A stretch of DNA of 63,854 bases, counting the filler, from Chiloscyllium plagiosum (Eukaryota): NCBI RefSeq assembly GCF_004010195.1. It is 3 parts of one record of this genome, joined end to end, with 100 filler letters (N's around TTAATTAATTAA, not from the genome) between each part and the next. Parts side by side here need not be neighbours in the genome. Positions count along the whole stretch, not along the records: positions 1 to 26,957 come from NC_057716.1; 2 more parts are not named here. The stretch is one strand, 5' to 3'. Below the pieces are notes generated by a model, which had not been told where the DNA came from, ran no database searches, and was given only the letters and a program-made list of their open reading frames with translations. The translations under genes and the position numbers were made by a program. Within the stretch, counting starts at the first letter, position 1, and each line of letters begins with the position of its first letter. Below, piece after piece: positions 1 to 12,047 of the stretch.

Positions 1-622
1 TTTCCTTTATTGGTCAGAGTATTGAGTACAGGAGTTGGGAGGTCATGTTGCGGCTGTACAGGACATTGGTTAGGCCACTGTTGGAATATTGCATGCAATT
101 CTGGTCTCCTTCCTATCAGAAAGATGTTGTGAAACTTGAAAGGTATCAGAAAAGAATTATAAGGATGTTGCCAGGGTTGGAGGATTTGAGCTATAGGGAG
201 AGGCTGAACGGGCTGGGCTGTTTTCCCTGGAGCGTCGGAGGCTGAGGGGTGACCTTATAGAGGTTTACAAAATTATGAGGGGCATGGATAGGATAAATAG
301 TCAGTGTTTTCCTGGGGTGGGGGAGTCCAGAACTAGAGGGCATAGGTTTAGGGTGAGAGGGGAAAGATATAAAAGAGACCTAAGGGGCAACTTTTTCACA
401 CAGAGGGTGGTACATGTATGGAATGAGCTGCCAGAGGATGTGGTGGAGGCTACTACAATTACAAGATTTAAGAGGCATTTGGATGGGTATATGAATAGGA
501 AGGGTTTGGAGGGATATGGGCCATGTCTGGCAGGTGGGACTAGATTGGGTTGGGATATCTGGTCAGCATGGACAGGTTGGACCGAAGGGTCTGCTTCCAT
601 GCTGTACATCTGTATGACTCTA
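1..622 (+). mobile_element. CR1-clade LINE 3' fragment (HER1-like)
   Basis: LYRTLVRPLLEYC.QFWSP, RTRGH, NFFTQRVV..WNELP; 3' UTR. Confidence 0.9.
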
Positions 623-879
623 AATCAGTTCAATGGGACAGGAGCAGGCTGGAGTGATTGGTCTGCAAAGATAGTCCCATTATGTAGATTTTGGGAAGGA
701 ATTAGATGCAGACTGTGGGACAATGAGGTGGGAAGATCTCGGGTGGAGATGAGGTCAATGAGAGTCTGAGAAAGGATGGCTTGATGTTGAGTGGTGGGCT
801 CAGCGTTCAGTGGGAGGTAGGAGAAGCTGTCTGAGAGTTGACATCAGCCTCTGCAAGGTTGGGTTCACAAACAAGCCTT

Positions 880-1167
880 GTCATAGAAACCATCATACAG
901 CATGGAAGCAGGCCCTTCAGCCCGTTAAGTCCACTGAAGAGCATCCCACCCAGACCAACCCACCGACCCTATCCCGATAACTCCACATTTCTCGTGGCCG
1001 ATTCACCTAACCTGCCCATCTTTGGACTGTGGAAGGAAACTGGAGCACCCAGAGGAAACCCACACAGATACAGGGAGAAGGTCCACACAGACAGTCACCT
1101 GAGGATGAAATCGAACCTGGGTCCCTGGTGCTGTGAGGCAGCAGTGCTAACCACTGAGCCACCGTGT
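880..1167 (-). mobile_element. HE1/V-type SINE (further copies at about 1938-2143 -, 2312-2650 +, 5295-5480 +, 56735-58385 - split)
   Basis: Same tRNA head and central domain as 28300-28621. Confidence 0.8.
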
Positions 1168-3344
1168 TTGATAACAAAGTCAGGATTAGATCTGAGAGAA
1201 AAGTGTGTAGCAAATTTAGAGGGAGACAGAGTGGGGGAGAGGCACAAATAAATTAAGGCAGTCCATGTCATGTTAAAAGCCAGAAGGAGGGTCCAGGTGG
1301 GGTGTTTGCTGTGTGAGTGGGGGAAGACTAGTGTGGATGGGTGAAAGGATCTGTGTGGAAGCCGAAGGAGCAAATATGGAGGCCAGGGCGATGGAAGAAA
1401 AGCTTGATGTTAAGATCTAAAACTAAGTGCTTTGCTGTGTGTTGGTCATTCAGCGTCAGAAAGATCAGAGGAATACATAAATACATGACAAAAGGTGAGA
1501 TTAGAAGATGGGATGGAATCAGAAGGAAAGGGAGTGTTGTAAGAATCCAGAGATGTATCAATGCCTGCAAATGGTTGGAGCTTGTGTTCTTTAAGCCATT
1601 AAAGGTTGAGAAGATGTTTCTTATTAAAGCATTGAACGAGATGATGAATAAAATAGGGGACCGGGACAGCATAGAGACAGCACTGATGGGGAGAGAGGCT
1701 AGGAATGTGCATGTGGTGACTCATAGTATACAGTGTAGATCTCAGGATTGAAAGGGAGCAGCTGTCTCAGACGGGCACTGGCTGTGAAACCAAATTTTGG
1801 CAAATACTTTACCAAACACCAGGAGGGAAGTGGAAAGCAATGAATGTGAACAAACTGAAAGATTAAAAAAGAAATCCATTGGAGAGAAGAACAGAGATTC
1901 TACAAGATAGGCATACCTGGAAAAGAAGTATAAATGCTTAGATTATTTACAGTGTGGAAACAGGCCCTTCGGCCCAACAAGTCCACACCGAAGCTCAACC
2001 CACCCAGACCCATACCCCTACATTTAGGAAACCGGAGCACCCGGAGGAAACCCACGCAGACACGGGGAGAATGTGCAAACTCCACACAGTCAGTCGCCTG
2101 AGGCGGGAATTAAACCCGGGTCTCTGGCGCTGTGAGGCAGCAGTGAATGTGATGAATTAAACAAAGGCACAATAGGCAATTCGGATGGGCAATAAATGCT
2201 GGCCATGACCCAATCCATGAACAAATACAAAAAACTTGCAGAGGCTGGAGATCTGAAATAAAAGCAAGGAATATTCATTTAGGTCAATGCTAGTATTAGA
2301 AGGATCTATTGACACGCTGGTTCAGCAGTTAGCACTGCTGCCTCACAGGGTGCAGGTTCGATTCCAGCCTCAAGTGACTGCCTATGTGGAGTTTGCATGT
2401 TCTTCCTGTGTACGTGTGGGTTCCCTTTGGATGCTCTAGTTTCCTCCCATAGTACAAAGATGTGCGGGTTAGGTGAATTGGCCATTCTAAATTGCCCACA
2501 GTGTATAGGGATGTGCAGGCTAGGTGGGTTAGCATGGGAAATGCAGAGTTATATTGTAGGGGGCTGGCTCTGGGTGGGATGCTCTTTAGAGGGTTGGTCT
2601 GGACACAATAGGCTGAATAGCCTCTTTCCACGCTGTAGGGATTCTATGATTGCCCTTTTCAAATGGGCACCAACTTAAGGGATTTAAACTATTAAATGTC
2701 AGAAGTCACAAATGATTGACTGCTCTAGTTTATATATTATTCAAAAATTATCTGGAGAAGACACTGCTTTCCTAGATTATAGGATTATCACAAGAATGAT
2801 GATGGATGAACAAGTAATGCAAATTGTTCCTGTTCAGTTGCTTCCATGGGAATGTTGCCTGTGGGATTTGACTTTTCAGTGTTGAATAATGCAGATAATA
2901 TTACAGCAAGACCCTGAAGTTTTCATTCAATCATTTTAGCAAGTCAGAAATCAGTTACAAACGCTCTATCCTCTGCTTGTGTCTAGAATGCTAAGGGATT
3001 CGGACAGTTAGCGTGACTTGCATTGAGGGTTGTATTTTGTATTAACAGAGATTCAAAGATGTATTAATAGACACTGCAACAGCATTGTTAGCATTGTCTG
3101 TTGTAGTTGTGGACTGTTAGGCACAGTGAATCAGTTCAATCCTCGAACTATTGTGAGCTCCCGCATTTGTAAGAAAAATTGAGATTACATTTGTATAACT
3201 ACTTTCACTAGAACAGTACATCCCAAAGAGTTGCTCAAATAAGAAAACACTTTGCAAATGCAAGTCAGTGCTGCAGTGTAGGAAATGGGCAGTCAAATTG
3301 CATACAGCATGTTTCCATGAACAGTCATGAGATAATGATCAGGT

Positions 3345-3735
3345 CAGAAATTACTGGAGAAACTTAGCAGATCTGGCTGCATCTGTGGAGAGAAACAAGG
3401 TTAATATTTTGAGTCCAATGACCCTTCTTCAGAATTAATAGGAGTTGGGAAAAGGAGGTATTTTTGCTGATGACAGTGACTTATTATCAGTCTGCCTTTC
3501 TCTCTCTTTCTAGGCTCCATGTCCAACTACCTATTTACTCCTTTACCACCCCTCCCCCCAGCTCCTTGCCATCTGCATAAATACCACATTTGCCCATCTA
3601 CTATCAGTTCTGAAGAAGGGACACTGCACTCAAAACGTTAGCCCTGTTTTCTCTCTGCGGATGCTGCCAGACCTGCTGAGTTTCTCCAGCAATTTCAGTT
3701 TGTATTTCAGATTTCCAGCGTCTGCAGTTTTTTTT
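3345..3735. mobile_element. Older fold-back PLE-derived element (similar hairpins at about 4765-4955, 15625-15840, 63178-63365)
   Basis: gctggagaaactcagcag-type sequence in both orientations; decayed CTGAAGA...AAAACGTT core near 3610-3640. Confidence 0.55.
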
Positions 3736-4059
3736 GGTTTTCTGTTAGCCAGGGTGTCTGTTTTACCTGGTGGCTGAAGGATCAATATTGTGAAGGACAC
3801 AGGGAGAACTCTGCAGCCCTTTATCAAAAGATGAGGATGTTTTACATCTAACAGAGAGGAAAATCACGGACCCAACTTAAAAATGGCATCTCTGGTAGTG
3901 ATGCAGTTCATCAATACTACACCGGCAGTGCCAGCCTTGGTTTTGTGCTCAAGCCTGTGAGGTGGGATTTGAAAGTGTCACTGAGCCCCATCTGACAGCT
4001 GTGATTGTAATATTGGTTTAGTACTACCCAACAGGTTGATGCTGGGACGACAGAAACTA

Positions 4060-4357
4060 ACTCCCACACCACTTCATCGAATCCTATCACCATTTCCTTC
4101 TATTCCTTCTTCTGTCATAAACATCACTTGCTTTCCAGGAAATAGATAAACCCCAAAAATTCCATGTTCCACATTCTGAGCACTCCCTATGTTAAAAAAA
4201 CAAGGGTTCTCCTGAATTCTCCACTGGATTTATTTGTGAGTATCTTATATTTTTATGGCTATTGGTTTCCAGAAGATCATTGTTTTTTCTATCGATCCTA
4301 GCTAAGCCCTTCATTATTTAGAGAGGTCCATCAGGTTATCTGTCAGCCCTCTCTTTC
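4060..4357 (-). mobile_element. Old CR1 3' fragment abutting the CPO stop codon
   Basis: Minus strand GAAAGAGAGGGCTGACAGATAACCTGAT..ATAATGAAGGG..GAATTCAGGAGAACC resembles the CR1 ORF2 tail seen elsewhere in the window. Confidence 0.6.
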
Positions 4358-4629
4358 CTACGGCGAATTCACAAAGTACAAGCTTAATAAGCACGGGGTC
4401 AGAACACCCGACCAGAGAGCAACAATGGTCGGAGAGGAGTTCGGGAAATGTTTGTTATGTACGTGCTCGATGATGGTCGTCACAGCAGCCATGGTTTCCT
4501 CACAGGTTGGCTGGATCTGATCCTCTGGGAGCAGGAACTGGTAGGTCCCATTGTCTCGGAGCTCAAAGGTATAGGAAAAGTCAATCCCGACCTCCCCTGC
4601 CCAGTCCCGTGAGGAGCCAGACGAATAAT
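4358..4629 (-). CDS. CPO: CPO last coding exon (272 nt): (Y)YSSGSSRDW...SYTFELRD...PNSSPTIVALWSGVLTPCLLSLYFVNSP*
   Basis: SGSSRDW gives Arg255 (CPO-diagnostic), FELRD gives catalytic Glu270, hydrophobic GPI-like tail; acceptor ctttcag|AT; TAG at 4360-4358. Confidence 0.95.
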
Positions 4630-6297
4630 CTGAAAGGGGAGATGTTTCAATACATGAGCTGACCGGATGTACCATCCTCCATTGATTAAACACCAACTTA
4701 TACAACCTCCTTTAATGAGTACCATAAATCCAAAGACAGCACCTGCCTAGGCCCCAAACTCTGGAACAAAAGCAAACATTGCTGGAAAAAAAACTCAACA
4801 AGTCTGGCAGCTTCTGTGGAGAGAAAGCAGAGTTAAATTTTCCCATCCTCAGAACGCTGAATCTGAAATGTTAACTCTGCCCTCTCTCCACATATGCTGC
4901 CAGACTTGCTGAGCTTTTCCAGCAATTTGTTTCTGGTTTTCAGCATCCGCTGTTCATTTTTTTTTTGTTATTTAGTCCCAAACTCTGGAAGCTCTCTCTC
5001 CCAACACTCGTTTCCCCTCTAGATCACGCTCCCCCTTTAAGTTGACGATTAAAACCTCGGGTTTTTTTGACCAAGTGTTTCACCTCTGTTCTGACATAAT
5101 CTTTGAGGTCCCATGTTAAATTACCACCTTTCTGAAAACTGCCTTGGAACCAGGGCCATGAAGAGAAGTCTTGGGTCCTGGTTCTTCTCCAGTTTCCAGG
5201 TCCCCTTATCCCACCCTTCTTCTTTTACCCCTTGACATACCATCTGGTCTGTGCTCATTCTTTCCAAGAGAAATCCAGTCAGTCCTACCCTCTCCAAGAT
5301 GTGCAAATTGTGTGGATTGGCCATGCTAAGTTGCCCATAGTGCCTAGGGATGTGCAGTTGGGTAGATTAGCCATACAAGGTTACAAGCATAGGGTAAGGT
5401 CTGGGTGGGATGTTCTTCAGAGGGTTGGTGGGGACTCAATGGGCTGAATGGCTTGCTTCCACACTGTAGGGATCCTAAAATTCTCTCCTCACCACAGTCC
5501 CACCCATTCTTTCCTTTTTTTTTATCTCAAAGTATTTATCCATAAAGCCATCAAATCTCCTCAGGCTTCTTGGCTTTAAACCCTAGGTACTTGTACCTAA
5601 AATGGCGTCATAAGAGGCAGACATTGTAAAAGCTTTTCACTGTTCTTCAACAATGGCGTGCACGTGAAAGTGAAAGGGTATTCCATATTCAAGCCAACCC
5701 AGCTTCTCTGCACTTGCTCATCCCTACTCAATTTCTAGTCAATTCCTTCTGTGACCTTAACAAAGCCTTTGGCACCTCCTGGTCAAAGCATTGAATATTT
5801 TCTTTTGTCTGAAGGGTCCTCATCAAAATCCTCAATCGTTGTCAATCTTCCATTGAAATTTAAAGCACAATACACATTAATTTTTTATACATGCACTTTT
5901 ATATACAAAAGCTATCACCACAAACACACCTTCTGAATTGATGAAGTTAGAGTTAAAGTGGTTGTATCGCATAGTCGCAGTGGAATATTTAAATCAGATA
6001 CTTACTGCCCTTTTCACTGTATTGCATTTTGTGGTCTCAGATTTAAATCGAACAATGTGCTAATGTTCATTACAATAGCATCCACTGGACTTTCCCATAT
6101 AGTAGCTCCTGAACGTTTGTAGTGTTAAGGAAGCAATCCACATTCATTTGTAACTAGTTATTTACCTGAGTGATCTCTCAATCCCAGTGAGCAGTTTGTT
6201 ATTTTTTTTGGCAGGTTTGAAATTGTTCTTTCCTTTTTGTACAAAGTTAAAAATCACACAACACCAGGTTATAGTCCAACAGGTTTAATTGGAAGCA

Positions 6298-6332
6298 CAC
6301 TAGCTTTCGGAGCGTCGCTCCTTCATCAGGTG
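6298..6332 (-). ncRNA. Minimal type I hammerhead ribozyme motif (PLE family A)
   Basis: Minus strand reads CAC-CUGAUGA-A-GGAGC(GAC)GCUCC-GAAA-GCUA-GUG. Confidence 0.75.
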
Positions 6333-7088
6333 ATAGTCGAGGGCTCAATCCTAACACAGAATTTATAGCAAAAATTTGCAGTGTGATGTAATTGAAATTA
6401 TATATTGAAAAATTAATTGTCTGTTAAGCCTTTCATCTGTTAGAATACAGTGATAGTTTTGTTTCTTTCATGTGTAAATCACAAAACCTTTTTTTAAAAA
6501 GTTGCATTTTCAGGTTAGCTGTTAACAATGGGTGATAACTAGACAATATGTTGAAGGTGTTAGCCTCCTGTGTTCTCTGTCTATGCCATGATGTTTAGAT
6601 TGATTCTAATCTAAAAAGTGAGATAACGGAGTTTTACATGAATTCATGCAGTTTTTGAGCTCAGAGTTCTACATGAATGCATGTAGTTTTTGAGCAAAGT
6701 ATAATGTAACCCTGCAAATTCACCCCACAAAATATATGTGTGCAGGTCAGTCTTTGTCTGTGTGTGTCTGTCTGGGTTGGGGGTTTTGAGTGTGAGAAAG
6801 TGTACGTGTGTGCGTAGTGAGTGCAGAGTGTCTTAAGTCTGTTAGGGAGTGCATGTGTGAGTGTGGGAGTGTGTGTGTCTGTAAGGGTGTGTGGGTGTCT
6901 GTGTGCGCATCTGTGTATATGTGTCTCCGTGTGTATGTGTGTATAGGAGTGCCTCTGTGTGTGTGTGTGTGTGTGTAGGAGTATCTGTGTGTGTGTATAG
7001 TGCAATGGTGGTCACCTGTAATGTGACATGAACCCAAGGTCCCGGTTGAGGCCCTCCCTATGGGTACCGAACTTAGCTATCAGCCTCT

Positions 7089-8709
7089 ACGCGCCCTCAT
7101 CCCACGTACTTCATGTGTAGGTGACTTTTACTGCCTTCCAAAGGTACACAAAGCCAACACACCAGGCTGTCCCATCATGTTGGGCAATGGGACCCTATGT
7201 GAGAATCTCTCCAGCTATGTTGAAGGCATCTTGAAACCTATTGTTCAGGGGCTCCCCAGTTTTTGTCGCAATACTACGGATTTCTTACAGAAACTCAGCA
7301 CCCATGGACCAGTCGAAATGGGAACATTCCTCGTCACAATGGACGTTTCCACACTCTGCACCAGCATCCCCCACAATAATGGCATCGCGGCAACAGCCTC
7401 AGTACTCAACACCAACAACTGCCAATCTCCAAACACCATCCTACAACTCATCCGCTTTATCCTCGATCACAACGTCTTCACCTTTGACAATCAGTTCTTC
7501 ATCCAGACACACGGATCAGCCATGGGGACCAAGTTTGCACCCCAATATGCCAACATTTTTATGTACAGGTTCGAACAAGATTTCTTCTCTATGCAGGATC
7601 TTCTCTATGCAGGATCTCCAACCAACATTATACACCAGGTATATTGATGACATTTTCTTCCTCAGGACCCATGGTGAGGAGTCACTGATAAAACTACACA
7701 GTGACATCAACAAGTTTCATTCCACCATCAAACTCACCATGGACTACTCTCAACTATCGGTCTCATTCTTGGACACATGCATCTCCATCAAGGATGGACG
7801 CCTCAGCACCTCACTCTACCGCAAACCTACAGACAACCTCACAATGCTACACTTCTCCAGCTTCCACCCAAAACATATTAAAGCAGCCATCCCCTATGGA
7901 CAAGTCCTATGTGTACACTGGATCTGCTCAGATGAGGAGGAACGTGCCGGGCATCTGGAAGTTCTCAGGGATGCCCTCACAAGAACGTGGTATGATGCCC
8001 AACTCATTAACCGCCAGTTCCGACGTGCCACAGCCAGGAACTGTAATGATCTCCTCAGGGGACAGACAGGGGCTGCAACCGACAGGGTACCCTTCGTTGT
8101 TCAGTATTTCCCAGGGGCTGAAAAACTACACCATGTTCTGCGTGACCTGCAACACATTATCAATGAGGATGAGCACCTCACCAAGACCTTCCCCACACCT
8201 CCACTGCTTGCCTTTAAACAACCACCAAACCTCAAACAGATCATTGTTCGTAGCAAACTGCCCGGCTCTCAGGACAACTCCATACAACTCTGCATGGTGG
8301 ACGCTGCAAGACGTGTCAGATTGTGGACATAGATACCACCATTACGCATGGGAACACCTCCCACCTTGTACATGGCAGGTACTCCTGTGACTCAGCCAAC
8401 ATTGTCTATCTTATACGTTGCAGGCAAGGATGCCCTCAAGCATGGTACATTGGGGAAACCGAGCAAAGGCTACGGCAACGGATGAATGGGCACCGCACAA
8501 TAATCAACAGACAGGAGTGTTCCCTCCCAGTTGGGGAACACTTCAGTGGTCCAGGACATTCGACCTCGGACCTTCGGGTGACCATCCTCCAAGATGGACT
8601 TCGGGACAGGCAGCAGAGGAAAGTGGCCGAGCAGAGGCTGATAGCTAAGTTCGGTACCCATAGGGAGGGCCTCAACCGGGACCTTGGGTTCATGTCATAT
8701 TACAGGTGA
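7089..8709 (+). pseudogene. Disrupted PLE RT + GIY-YIG ORF (two frameshifts)
   Basis: ORFs 7060-7647, 7241-8332 and 8323-8709 are consecutive parts; 16-bp tandem duplication at 7585-7616 and a 1-nt loss near 8293; VYLIRC..WYIGET..R..R..H..HF..E..GLN motif. Confidence 0.9.
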
Positions 8710-9359
8710 TCACCATTGCACTATACACACACACAGATACTCCTAAACACACACACAGAGGCACTCCTATACACACATACACACGGACACACATATACAC
8801 AGATGCGCACACAGACACCCACACACACCCTTACAGACACAGACACTCCCACACTCACACATACACCCCCTTACAGACTTAAGACACTCTGCACTCACTA
8901 CACACACACATACACTTTCTCACACTCACAACTCTCAACCCAGACAGACACACACACACAGACAAAGACTGACATGCACACATATATTTTGTGGGGTGAA
9001 TTTGTACTTGCAGGGTTACATTGTACTTTGCTCAAAAACTGCATGCATTCATGTAAAACTCCGTTATCTCACTTTTTAGATTAGAATCAATCTAAACATC
9101 ATGGCATAGACAGAGAACACAGGAGGCTAACACCTTCAACATATTGTCTAGTTATCACCCATTGTTAACAGCTAACCCGAGAATGAAACTTTTTTAAAAA
9201 AGGTTTTGTGATTTACACATGAAAGAAGCGAAACTATCACTGTATTCTAACAGATGAAAGGCTTAACAGACAATCAATTTTTCAATATATAATTTCAGTT
9301 ACATCACACTGTAAATTTTTGCTATAAATTCTGTGTGTTAGGATTGAGCCCTCGACTAT

Positions 9360-9394
9360 CACCTGATGAAGGAGCGACGCTCCGAAAGCTAGTG
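9360..9394 (+). ncRNA. Minimal type I hammerhead ribozyme motif (PLE family A)
   Basis: CAC-CUGAUGA-A-GGAGC(GAC)GCUCC-GAAA-GCUA-GUG; palindromic AGCU in place of stem III; predicted cut after 9391. Confidence 0.78.
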
Positions 9395-10421
9395 TGCTTC
9401 CAATTAAACCTGTTGGACTATAACCTGGTGTTGTGTGATTTTTAACTTTGTACACCCCAATCTAAGATCGACATCTCCAAATCATTCCTTTTTGTAGTTT
9501 CCCTTTTACGCTCTTCCCTCCTCTTGAGGTTCTCTCTGTCTCTCTCTCTCTCTCTCCCACCCCCCAAATATCTTCTGCATTCTTCCAATCTCCATGTTGC
9601 GTGCCTCACTCACCACCCTTGTGCCTCGTAACCTCCTTTACTCCCCCCTCAACTCACCCCAGACCTAACGTGCACCTTTGCAAAAGGACTCGCAACACCC
9701 CAACCCAGCTTCAGCAAAATGACATCTGGTACCTGACCTTTGCTCCAGGGAATTCCTATCCTAAGCTCTCAGGCACTCAATCTTGACTCATGGCCTGTGA
9801 TCTAATCCTCAAGGCCTCATGTTTGGCCTCATCTTCAGCACCCCAGTTCTCAGTCTCCATTTCCTGGTCTCTCCCTTGGTATAACAATCCCAGCCTTCCC
9901 CACCTAACTAACCACCCCACGAGCATTTAGAGATCATAATTCTTTACTGCCTTTCACATCTCATCTTTGCTTTCTCTTTTTACAATTTTCTTTTCTATTA
10001 AATGTACACAGTGGACTTTGCTTCACTGCCTGGTTTAGATTTGCCAGGTATTATCACCTCACGTTACAGCTTTCCTTAATGCACAACACTGCATTCTTAA
10101 AGTTCTGAACATTTTATAACCTGACTAGATGTCTTTGGTGCCCCATAGTATTTGCTGAACTATTTGCACTTCCCTCAAGAGTTTTCAAATGAATAATCAT
10201 TTCAATCTGGGGCTTGCCTTGAAGGGGGAGTTCACCCTTCTAAATGATATTGACCATTGTAATGCAAAACAGCTCTTTCCTTTGTGATAAAATAAGCAGA
10301 ATTGCTTTGTAGTTCAGCTTCAGAGAAGCTTATATTGGGAGAGTCTCTAGATCTGAACTGATCAAAGTGAGATGCACACGGAGCAAACAGCCAGGTCAAT
10401 AGGATAAATGGTGAAACCTAC

Positions 10422-10506
10422 AGAGGATCCAGGAGGAAGGCCCCACTTTGAACTTGGTCCCATGTTTCCGTTCCAAAGCATCGGCTGCTTTTTCTCCAAC
10501 TCTCAT
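10422..10506 (-). CDS. CPO: CPO exon (85 nt): MRVGEKAADALERKHGTKFKVGPSSWIL(Y)
   Basis: Matches the M14A A..AL...GT.Y.VG segment; acceptor ttttgcag|ATG, donor CTCT|gtaggt; phase 0-1 joins to form Tyr248. Confidence 0.93.
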
Positions 10507-10759
10507 CTGCAAAATAACAGGACAGCGTTGCTCAAGCAGGAGGCCCTTGCAGAGAAGAACTCGAGAATTCAGAACAAGCTCAGCTCTGGTCAATATACAG
10601 TCTCAGGGGAAGGCATCTCCAGTTCTATTGTGAACTGATCGTGCATGTTTATAACAATGATTTGAACCACTTTCCCTTTTCTCTCCCGTTGAGACCTCTC
10701 TTATCCATGCAGGGCTCCTTCTTTTCGACACAGGTACTAATGCAAGAAACTCTCTTCTC

Positions 10760-11430
10760 ACAAAAGAAGGTAGACAGGGTGGTTAACAAGGCATTTAGCA
10801 CACATGCGCTCATCGCCCAAACATTTGAGTATATGAGTTGCAATGTCATATTGAGGTTATGCAGAACATTGGTGAGTCCTCTTCTGGAGTACTGTGTGCA
10901 GTTCTAGTTGCCCTTTTATAGGAAAGATGCTATTAAACTGGAAAGATTTACTATACTTACTATACTACAGTTGCTGGGACTGGAGGGTTTGAGATATAAA
11001 AATAGACAGGAAATACTGGGACTTTTTTCCCTGGAGTGTAGGAGGTTGAGGGGTGACATTGTAGAGATTTATAAAATCATGAGGGGCACAGACAAGGTGG
11101 ATGGCAAGGGTCTTTTCCCTTGGATGAGGGAGTTCAAAACTAGGGGGCATATTTTTAAGGTGAGAGGAGAATGATTGAAAACGGACATGAGGGGCAACTT
11201 TTTTTACACAGAGAATGGTTTGTGTGTGGAATGAACTGCCAGAGAAATTAATGGATTTGGGTACAGTTACAACATCTAAAAGACATTTGGATAAGTTCAT
11301 GAATAGGAAAGGTTTGGAGGGATATGGACCAATCGCAGTCAGGTGGGACTAGTTTAGATTGGGAACATGGTTGGCATGGACTGGTTGGACCAAAGAATCG
11401 GTTTCTTGTGCTGTATGACTCTATTATTTT
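10760..11430 (+). mobile_element. CR1 LINE 3' fragment
   Basis: RTLVSPLLEYCVQF, GLFSLECRRLRGD, KTRGH. Confidence 0.85.
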
Positions 11431-11844
11431 ATGACTCTATTACCTGCAGTTCAATTGTGAGTGTGAGTCCTGCAGCTAGGTGGAAGAAGCCTTTCTTGAT
11501 ATGACTGGGTCTTTGCAATGTTGGCACAACTTTGTGAATGGCACATGAAAGCAGCAAGGTCTGACCCTGGCAGTGAAAGTGTTCATGCAATTCAGGAATG
11601 GTCCCTGCTAGTCATGTAAGAGAAGGGCTGGATTTGGAACATGGGTACCCCGGATTTCCTTCTGGGACCTGGACATACAAGCCCACCTCCCACTATCCCT
11701 TCCCTAAAGAAAACCAGCCCACAGGAAAAACTAGTGAAACAGCAATTGAAAACTCTCCTGCCCCGATCTCCTTCAGTCCCATGACTTTGCTGATTGGCTC
11801 CCAAAGAGGTGATCAGATCCTGGCTTGCATATTGGAAGGCATTG

Positions 11845-12047
11845 GAGATAGTGAGAATTGCAGATCCTGCAGAGTCAGAGTGGGTAAAGAGTGGAGCTGG
11901 AAAAAGCACAGCAGGTCAGACAGCATCAGAGGAGGAGTTGACATTTCAGGTCGGAACCTTTCATCAGCACTCATGAAACATTGACTCCCCTCCTTCTCTG
12001 ATGCCGTCTGACTTGCTGTGCTTTTTCAGGCTCCATTCTTTACACAC
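11845..12047. mobile_element. Older fold-back PLE terminal-repeat element
   Basis: Self-complementary halves; imperfect flanking duplication TATTGGAAGGCATT / TATTGAAGGGCATT. Confidence 0.6.

Larger units (their letters stand above)
6238..9454. repeat. Long inverted repeat: arms 6238-7088 and 8633-9454, each with a (GT/CA)-rich microsatellite-like tract
   Basis: Arms are near-identical reverse complements by direct reading; mirrored ORFs 6661-7005(-) and 8716-9084(+). Confidence 0.95.
6242..9484 (+). mobile_element. Penelope-like retroelement family A (Neptune-like), 5'-truncated, with an inverted copy of its 3' end at the 5' side
   Basis: RT (FYCLPKVHK, GSAMG, YIDD), C-x4-C-x2-C linker and GIY-YIG endonuclease; 12-bp TSD TTCCTTTTTGTA at 6230-6241 and 9485-9496. 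Confidence 0.93.

Noticed and set aside
1341..1751. 136-aa ORF
   Set aside because: No recognisable domain or splice context; lies in decayed repeat-like sequence.
6661..7037. His/Thr-rich ORFs (also 8716-9084)
   Set aside because: Translations of the CA/GT microsatellite-like tract in the PLE arms.
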